Shown here in pieces: positions 1 through 5,814 of a DNA stretch of 5,814 bases; positions within the stretch are counted from its first letter, which is position 1, and each line of letters opens with the position of its first letter. The position numbers and the translations under genes are program-made. Origin of the DNA: Octopus sinensis. Lineage: Eukaryota. The stretch is taken from the NCBI RefSeq assembly GCF_006345805.1, contig NW_021829852.1, positions 1 to 5,814 on the forward strand, in the 5' to 3' direction. The notes beneath the pieces were generated by a model, which saw only the letters and a program-made list of their open reading frames with translations, did no database searches and was not told where the DNA came from.

Positions 1-387
1 CGTCTCTGGATCGTCTGCTTCGGTGGGTTCTGGTTTCTCGTCATTACAAGTTGCTGTTCGTCGCCATTGTGGTCGTGTCTGGACAGCGCTGCTTCGGTGG
101 GTTCTGGTTCCTCGTCAGTACAAGTTGCTGGTTCGTCGGCCATTGTGGTCGTTTCTGGATCGTCTGCTTCGGTGGGTTCTGGTTCCTCGTCAGTACAAGT
201 TGCTGGTTCGTCGGCCATTGTGGTCGTCTCTGGATCGTCTGCTTCGGTGGGTTCTGGTTTCTCGTCAGTACAAGTTGCTGGTTCGTCGGCCATTGTGGTG
301 ATGTCTGGACAGCCTGCTTCGGTGGGTTCTGGTTCCTCGTCAGTACAAGTTGCTGGTTCGTCGGCCACTGTGGTGGTCTCTCGAACG
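1..387 (-). repeat. Coding minisatellite, about 5 units of 75 bp, continuing beyond the window
   Basis: The anchor GCTTCGGTGG occurs at 17, 91, 166, 241 and 316, with the next anchor (first array) at 391. Spacings are 74,75,75,75,75. Confidence 0.96.
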
Positions 388-1132
388 TCTGCTTCGGTTG
401 GTTCGAACTCATTACCACAAAAGGCCACTCTGGTGGTCTCTGGAACGTCTGCTTCGGTTGGTTCGAACTCACCATCATCACAATCGGCCACTGTGGTGGT
501 CTCTGGAACGTCTGCTTCGGTTGGTTCGAACTCACCATCATCACAATCGGCCACTGTGGTGGTCTCTGGAACGTCTGCTTCGGTTGGTTCGAACTCATTA
601 CCACAAAAGGCCACTCTGGTGGTCTCTGGAACGTCTGCTTCGGTTGGTTCGAACTCACCATCATCACAATCGGCCACTGTGGTGGTCTCTGGAACGTCTG
701 CTTCGGTTGGTTCGAACTCACCATCATCACAATCGGCCACTGTGGTGGTCTCTGGAACGTCTGCTTCGGTTGGTTCGAACTCATTACCACAACGGGCCAC
801 TCTGGTGGTCTCTGGAACGTCTGCTTCGGTTGGTTCGAACTCACCATCATCACAATCGGCCACTGTGGTGGTCTCTGGAACGTCTGCTTCGGTTGGTTCG
901 AACTCACCATCATCACAATCGGCCACTGTGGTGGTCTCTGGAACGTCTGCTTCGGTTGGTTCGAACTCACCATCATCACAATCGGCCACTGTGGTGGTCT
1001 CTGGAACGTCTGCTTCGGTTGGATCGAGCTCACCATCACCACAATCGGCCACTGTGGTGGTCTCTGGCATAAGATCAACTTGTGTGGTCATCTGAGGGTC
1101 TGTTGTCCTTATAGTCGCTGCTTCAGTCTTGC
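1..1132 (-). CDS. Large coding exon, running off the window: secreted acidic Thr/Pro/Cys tandem-repeat (mucin-like) protein
   Basis: Acceptor aataacttttattttcAG|gc (AG at 1134-1133). The spliced codon T+GC is Cys, followed by KTEAATIRTTDPQMTTQVDLM, 11 units of PETTTVADCDDGEFEPTEADV or PETTRVAFCGNEFEPTEADV, then PETTTMADEPATCTDEEPEPTEADD units. No stop codon. Repeat lengths are multiples of 3 except for single-base indels below position ~88. This frame is absent from the ORF track. Confidence 0.85.
388..1068 (-). repeat. Coding minisatellite, 11 units of 63 or 60 bp with a 186-bp higher-order repeat
   Basis: The anchor GCTTCGGTT occurs at 391, 451, 514, 577, 637, 700, 763, 823, 886, 949 and 1012, giving spacings of 60,63,63,60,63,63,60,63,63,63. 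Confidence 0.97.
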
Positions 1133-1323
1133 CTGAAAATAAAAGTTATTTAAATATATAACGAAGAGTTATGTCGTAAGGAGAGAAAGTTTGGTGAGTA
1201 AGGGAAGAGCATCGCCCATGATAGTTTTCAAGCCCTCTGAGACTTTTGAGAAAAACAGGATTGTGTTATCTTTAGAAAATTTCATTTAAATGCTGCAACC
1301 GAGTAAAGTTCATTGAAGCCACA

Positions 1324-1728
1324 GGCGCAGGAGTGGCTGTGTGGTATGTAGCTTGCTAACCAACTACATGGTTCCGGGTTCAGTCCCACTGCGTGGCATC
1401 TTGGGCAAGTGTCTTCTGCTATAGCCCCGGGCCGACCAATGCCTTGTGAGTGATTTGGTAGACGGAAACTGAAAGAAGCCTGTCGTATATATGTATATGT
1501 ATGTAAGTATGTTGTGTGTTTGTGTTTCTGTGTTTGTCCCCCTAGCTTGCTTGACAACCGATGCTGGTGTTTTACGTCCCCGTCACTTAGCGGTTCGGCA
1601 AAAGAGACCGATAGAATAAGTACTGGGCTTACAAAGAATAAGTCCCGGGGTCGATTTGCTCGACTAAAGGCGGTGCTCCAGCATGGCCGCAGTCAAATGA
1701 CTGAAACAAGTAAAAGAGTAAAAGAGTA
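1324..1728 (+). mobile_element. tRNA-derived SINE, family A (near full length, CORE-like body)
   Basis: A box TGGCTGTGTGG at 1334-1344, B box GGTTCAGTCCC at 1377-1387, CORE-like CTTGGGCAAGTG, an internal TA/TG microsatellite at ~1486-1533, and a (TAAAAGAG)n-type 3' tail. No clear target-site duplication. Confidence 0.85.
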
Positions 1729-1804
1729 AATGCCAGAAAAAGCATTGTCGATTGAATAATAATTATAGTCTCACCTATGTGTCTGTGTGTGCGTGCGTGC
1801 GTAT

Positions 1805-2000
1805 GAAGGTGTGTGGCCTAGTGGCTAGTGTATTACATTCACGATTGTTAAATCATGAGTTCAATTCCTGGACAGAGCGGGGCGTTGAGTTCTTAAACAA
1901 AACACTTCATTTTTTGCGGGTCCATTCCAGTCGGCTATAAATGAGCAACCCTGTGACGGACTGACCTTGCGATCAAGGTTAATGTTGGCCTGCTCGCCTC
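1805..2000 (+). mobile_element. Degenerate tRNA-derived SINE (third family)
   Basis: A box TGGCCTAGTGG at 1814-1824, B box GAGTTCAATTCC at 1857-1868, then CORE-like TTCTTAAACAAAACACTTCA. The 3' boundary is uncertain. Confidence 0.6.
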
Positions 2001-2033
2001 TCATCAAAGTTTTACCTTGCCTGTTTATATGTA

Positions 2034-2130
2034 TTTAAAGTTTTGCCTGAAGATGGTGGTTTATATGTTATGAAGTAGTCTATGACTACAACAATAAAAT
2101 TCTACTGAAACACCCGTCATAAATTTTAAA
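2034..2130 (+). other. Decayed type I hammerhead-ribozyme-like motif (possible Penelope-like terminal repeat remnant)
   Basis: CTGAAGA core at 2047-2053, an extended stem II, GAAAC-ACCC-GTC at 2107-2118, and flanking stem I pairing 2034-2043 with 2121-2130. Confidence 0.45.
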
Positions 2131-2519
2131 CTTCATCTGTGTTCTTTTCATGCATAACATATCAAAACTTTGAGACATACACAGCAAAGAGAAATGAGAC
2201 TTGCTTCTTATAATACCGACTGACGGAAAGACTGAAACAGAACGGGCGTTTGAAATTTCGCAGCCAAAATTCGTGCGCCATTATAAACTACGGAACTTCA
2301 ATTTGGTTTGGAATATATGCGTCCGTAGTTACAAGCAATTTCTGTATAACAACATATCACAACTTTGCTACATATGTACTCGGCTCAGGGTATTTCGTGA
2401 CAGTCGAGGAGCTCATACGGAGTGGCTTCACTTACAAGAAATAGCAGCCAAATCTACCTCAAATCACAGCTTACTACTTTAAGAACATTTTGGATAATAT
2501 TGTCATTGATATGGGAATG

Positions 2520-2657
2520 TCATAGCTGTAGGTTCAGGTTTAGAATTTCTCTTCACAACCAGGTGGAGTTCAGTCCAACTGCAGCAATTGGGACAAGTAT
2601 TTTCCACTTTAACCCATGATCGATGAATGCTTTGTGACGGATGAATGCTTTGTAGAC
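2520..2657 (+). mobile_element. Old, diverged 5' fragment of family A SINE
   Basis: Collinear with 1333-1463: CAACCAGGTGG vs CAACTACATGG, GTTCAGTCCAACTGC vs GTTCAGTCCCACTGC, TTGGGACAAGT vs TTGGGCAAGT, AATGCTTTGTGA vs AATGCCTTGTGA. Contains a local 14-bp duplication, GATGAATGCTTTGT (2622-2635 and 2640-2653). Confidence 0.65.
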
Positions 2658-2666
2658 TCTTGTTGG

Positions 2667-2691
2667 ATATATATATAAATATATATATATA
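2667..2691. repeat. (TA)n microsatellite
   Basis: Directly visible, with one interruption. Confidence 0.9.
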
Positions 2692-2827
2692 ATAATTTGA
2701 GGGAATATTATTCCTAACTTACAGAGAAAAATTCAATTTAGAAATACTAAATTATATGTAATTTTCTAGATGGTGTAATTTAATTGTTCATTTTGAATTG
2801 ATAAAAGGTGTTTTCTCCATAATTTAA

Positions 2828-2900
2828 ATATATACATATATATATATATATATGTAAAGGGAGAGAGACAGACAGATAGAGACAGAGACGGATAGATAGG

Positions 2901-2994
<94 letters not shown>
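2828..2994. repeat. Compound microsatellite: (TA)n, then GA/GACA, then (GATA)n
   Basis: (TA)n at 2828-2852 and a pure (AGAT)n run at about 2901-2994. Confidence 0.97.
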
Positions 2995-3130
2995 TGACTA
3001 AGCTTTGAATCATTTATCACTAATAGGTAACTTTGATTAAATTGAGGCCAGGGGTTGAAGTTCTGGTTCGTTTTGAGTCTTCATGTACTTAAGACCCGAA
3101 AGGCAGTTACTGTTAAATACTACTAGTTAA

Positions 3131-3510
3131 TCTCTCTATATATAAACGGCAGTTTGTTCTGTGTGTGTTTCTGTGTGTCTCTGTCAGGTTGTACCCTCAC
3201 CCTGACCACGGCTTTCACACAGATTCTGATGAAACTTGACACACACATAGCCCCAATGTCATAATTCAAACTAACGCAGCGAAACTTTTGAAAAGTTCCC
3301 CCATTCTGTTCTGAAAAAAATCGATAAATTCGACATGGAGTCGAGAATCAGAAACACAAACCACAGACTGTCTAGGGGACGCAACTCGACCTTTTTAACT
3401 AAAAAAAAATTTACCATCATTTTTTTTCCATTTTTTTGGCTATAACTCTCTAAAAATGCTTTATAGTTATTTCCCTTACAAACCCGAGCAACGCCGGGCG
3501 ATACTGCTAG
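3131..3510 (+). mobile_element. Non-autonomous Helitron (380 bp)
   Basis: Sits between A (3130) and T (3511) with no target duplication. 5' end TCTCTCTATATATAAA, 3' end CTAG, and a GC-rich hairpin CCCGAGCAACGCCGGG (3483-3498) 8 nt before the CTAG. A TG/TCTG microsatellite lies near the 5' end. These are established Helitron hallmarks. Confidence 0.88.
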
Positions 3511-3664
3511 TTAGAAATAAGCTCAAAGAAAGCTATATATGTATGGATTGATGGAGGTAGGAATGCTTACTTCCTTTCACTAACTAATTACTGTGAAATA
3601 ACTTTAACCTCTGTAAGAGGTTAAAAAGAATAAACACAAAGAGATTTATCCTTTACATCATGAC

Positions 3665-3878
3665 ACTGTGATACGCGATCCCTATTGATCGTTTTTTTTT
3701 TTTGTTTTTTCCCCCTTTTTTCCTTTTTTCTTCTTTCCTTTTTACGATCCCTTTTGATCGAAAACCTACCCCACCTTTTTTATTTTTTTTTTTTTTTTTC
3801 TCTCCCCAAAAAAGAAAAGCTCTACTTTGTAATCTGTCCCGTCTGTGTGCAGCCCTGTGTGGCTAATAAAGAAACATA
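3665..3878 (+). mobile_element. Candidate 5'-truncated LINE 3' UTR sharing its tail with SINE family B
   Basis: T-rich body with two CGATC-N6-GATCG hairpins. It ends in TGTCCCGTCTGTGTGCAGCCCTGTGTGGCTAATAAAGAAACATA, similar to the SINE B tail at 4081-4123, but has no SINE body upstream. The 5' boundary is uncertain. Confidence 0.55.
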
Positions 3879-3894
3879 ATTACGAATTATATAT

Positions 3895-4123
3895 GGCGAG
3901 CTGGCAGAGACGTTAGCACGCCGGGCGAAGTGCTTCGCGGTATTTCGTCCGTCGCTACGTTCTGAGTTCAAATTCCGCCGAGGTCGACTTTGCCTTTCAT
4001 CCTTTCGGGGTCGATAAATTAAGTACCAGTTACGCACTGGGGTCGATGTAATCGACTTAATCCGTTTGTCTGTCCTTGTTTGTCCCCTCTATGTTTAGCC
4101 CTTGTGGGTAATAAAGAAACATA
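3895..4123 (+). mobile_element. tRNA-derived SINE, family B, monomer
   Basis: Head GGCGAGCTGGCAGAGACGTTAG, B box GAGTTCAAATTCC at 3964-3976, central GTCGACTTTGCCTTTCATCCTTTCGGGGTCGATAAATTAAGTACC, and tail TAATAAAGAAACATA. Five more units occur in the window in reverse orientation. Confidence 0.9.
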
Positions 4124-4203
4124 TAAAAAAAGTAGGAGACATCTTGACGTCTTGTTCCCATTAATGTAAGATCTTTAGAAAAAATTGAACTTACAGTCCA
4201 AAA

Positions 4204-4605
4204 TATCATTTCTGTCATAGGCACAAGGCCAGACATTTTTGGGGAGGGGACTAGTCGATTACATCGACCCCAGAATTTCTCTGGTACTTAATTTATCGAC
4301 CCCCAAAGGATGAAAGGCAAATTCGACCCCGGCGTAATTTGAACTTAGAACGTAGCGACGGGTGAAATACCTATTTCTTTATTACCCACAAGGGGCTAAA
4401 CACAGAGGGGACAAACAAGGACAGACATAGGTATTAAGTCGATTACATCGACCCCAGTGCGTAACTGGTACTTAATTTATCGACCCCGAAAGGATGAAAG
4501 GCAAATTCGACCCCGGCGTAATTTGAACTTAGAACGTAGCGACGGGTGAAATACTGCTAAGCATTTCGTCAAGCGTGCTATCGACTCTGCCAGCTCGCCG
4601 CCGCC
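4204..4605 (-). mobile_element. SINE family B dimer: full unit (4605-4371) plus headless unit (4370-~4204) ending in a different tail
   Basis: Reverse complement of 3895-4123 with a 184-bp period. The second unit ends in CCCCTCCCCAAAAATGTCTGGCCTTGTGCCTATGACAGAAATGATA instead of the usual tail. Confidence 0.9.
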
Positions 4606-4611
4606 TTAGTA

Positions 4612-4880
4612 AAACAGGATTGGCTGAAGAAATGAAATGAAGAATAATTGAAAGAAGAAAGGAATGACCGACAGAACGAAAGGATTGAGAGAAAGTAAAG
4701 ATTGACATGAAGGAAGGACTGACAGAAAAGAAGGAAGGATAAGGAGGAAGTAGTAAGAGGAAGGAAGGACTGAAAAGAAAAAGGAGGACTGATTTAAAAG
4801 AAGGACGAGTCGAAAGGAACGACTAAAAAAAAAAATTAAGGACTGACAGACAGGAATGACTGAGGGAAAGGAAGGAAAAC
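4612..4880. repeat. Purine-rich low-complexity tract (degenerate GAAG/GACT repeats)
   Basis: Strong A/G bias with recurring GAAGGAAGGACTGA. On the transcribed strand it is a pyrimidine tract just downstream of the 4896 donor. Confidence 0.8.
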
Positions 4881-4896
4881 TGTGGTTATTACTTAC

Positions 4897-4948
4897 AAAA
4901 AGAGACAAGCATAAGGATTGCAAGGGTTGTAAATAGTTTCATAGCCAT
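4897..4948 (-). CDS. First coding exon (exon 4972-4897): signal peptide MAMKLFTTLAILMLVSF plus 1 nt
   Basis: Minus strand reads ttttattttacAG|aaagaaacaatttggTAAtccaagATGGCTATGAAACTATTTACAACCCTTGCAATCCTTATGCTTGTCTCTTTTT|GTAAGT. This gives an acceptor at 4974-4973, an in-frame upstream stop, a strong Kozak context (A-3, G+4), a basic residue plus hydrophobic core, and a consensus GTAAGT donor at 4896-4891. The 52 coding nt end in phase 1, matching the acceptor at 1132. Confidence 0.88.
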
Positions 4949-5181
4949 CTTGGATTACCAAATTGTTTCTTTCTGTAAAATAAAATCTTTTTATTATTTT
5001 CTTATGAAAGAGATAAAAAAAAACTTTGTGGTTATGGATACATTTATGCATTTTCCAAGACAGTATTTGCGTAAATAAAGACGACTGGAATTGGTTGAAA
5101 ATCGAAACTGGATCACGGGCTGTACTCAAGACGAGATAATCTTTTGGTCCTCGACAAGAGTCTGGACGTAGAAAAACTTAG

Positions 5182-5786
5182 TTTCTTATTTCTTTACGAC
5201 CTACAAGGGGATAAACACAGAAGGGACAAATAAGGACAGACAAACGGATTAAGTCGATTATATCGACCCCAGTACGTAACTGGGTTCTTATTTAATCGAC
5301 CCCGAAAGGATGAAAGGCAAAGTCGACCTCGGCGGAATTTGAACTCAGAACGTAGCGACAGACGAAATACCTATTTCTTTACTACCCACAAGGGGCTAAA
5401 CACAGAAGGGACAAACAAGGACAGACATAGGGTATAAGTCGATTACAATCGACCCCAGTGCGTAACTGGTACTTAATTTATCGACCCCGAAGGATGAAAG
5501 GCAAAGTCGACCTCGGGGGAATTTGAACTCAGAACGTAACGACAAACGAAATACCTATTTCTTTACTACCCACAAGGGGCTAAACACAGACGGGACAAAC
5601 AAGGACAGACAAACGGATTAAGTCGATTATATCGACCCCAGTGCGTAACTGGTACTTATTTAATCGACCCAGAAAGGATGAAAGGCAAAGTCGGCCTTGG
5701 CGGAATTTGAACTCAGAACGTAGCGGCAGACGAAATTCCGCTAAGCATTTTGTCTGGCGTGCAAACGTTTCTGCCAGCTCGCCGCC
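5182..5786 (-). mobile_element. SINE family B trimer: full unit 5786-5555, headless units 5554-5371 and 5370-~5182
   Basis: Three collinear units of about 184 bp, the same GAAATAC|CTATTTCTTT junction twice, and a single 5' head (CTGCCAGCTCGCCGCC at 5771-5786). Confidence 0.92.
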
Positions 5787-5814
5787 TTACTGTTAATTTC
5801 TTACAGTTCCAAAA

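Larger units (their letters stand above)
1133..4896 (-). other. GT-AG phase-1 intron (3764 bp), rich in transposable elements
   Basis: GTAAGT donor at 4896 and TTTTCAG acceptor at 1133. Joining the exons completes a plausible signal peptide with predicted cleavage at T-E-A|A. Additional small internal exons cannot be excluded. Confidence 0.8.

Noticed and set aside
1-1068. CRISPR-like regular array
   Set aside because: There are no unique spacers, the units are contiguous coding repeats, and the context is eukaryotic.
23-1136. Five long ORFs in the track (92-361 aa, including Ser/Val-rich, Trp/Cys/Gly-rich and His-rich ones)
   Set aside because: These are shadow frames of a stop-poor repeat whose unit is a multiple of 3. 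Only the unlisted minus frame has a splice acceptor in phase with a signal-peptide exon.
1324-1395. Functional tRNA genes at the SINE heads
   Set aside because: A and B boxes are present, but there is no convincing cloverleaf and each head continues into a SINE body.
1282-1940. Short ORFs over the SINEs (likewise 3685-4037 and 4606-4923)
   Set aside because: They lie in SINE or low-complexity sequence and show no protein-like features.
2160-2500. ORFs 2201-2482 and 2250-2444, or a possible repeat fragment
   Set aside because: No recognisable motif, splice pair or element termini that I can support from the sequence alone.
2766-3020. ORFs with (IYLS)n
   Set aside because: Translation of the (GATA)n microsatellite.
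3085-3127. A second Helitron 3' end (CTAG-T at 3123-3127)
   Set aside because: No GC-rich subterminal hairpin at the expected distance and no matching 5' end.
4893-5129. 78-aa minus-strand ORF
   Set aside because: It overlaps the signal-peptide exon in the wrong frame and runs through the intron acceptor.
5182-5786. Retrozyme interpretation of the 184-bp arrays
   Set aside because: I found no CTGANGA hammerhead core on either strand of the unit, and the units are parts of a tRNA-headed SINE.
4190-5814. CTTACAGTCCAAAA (4190-4203) and CTTACAGTTCCAAAA (5800-5814) as a target duplication of a composite element
   Set aside because: The match is imperfect and offset from the SINE head, and the enclosed region contains a host exon. 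Likely chance.

Overview
AT-rich eukaryotic (animal) DNA. The SINE families look like octopus/coleoid repeats; this is from memory, not a search. The window holds the 5' part of a spliced minus-strand gene that the ORF track misses. An exon at 4972-4897 carries a strong-Kozak ATG (4948) and encodes a signal peptide. It splices in phase 1 across a 3.76-kb intron to a large exon (1132 to <1) encoding an acidic, Thr/Pro-rich tandem-repeat protein with about one Cys per repeat: MAMKLFTTLAILMLVSFC-KTEAATIRTTDPQMTTQVDLM-(PETTTVADCDDGEFEPTEADV)n-(PETTTMADEPATCTDEEPEPTEADD)n. The introns contain several tRNA-derived SINEs, a 380-bp non-autonomous Helitron, a candidate LINE 3' end sharing the SINE tail, a decayed hammerhead-ribozyme-like motif and microsatellites. 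The most unusual structure is two head-to-tail SINE arrays with one fixed junction, mixed subfamilies and a ~90-bp target duplication, suggesting SINEs that insert site-specifically into their own family.
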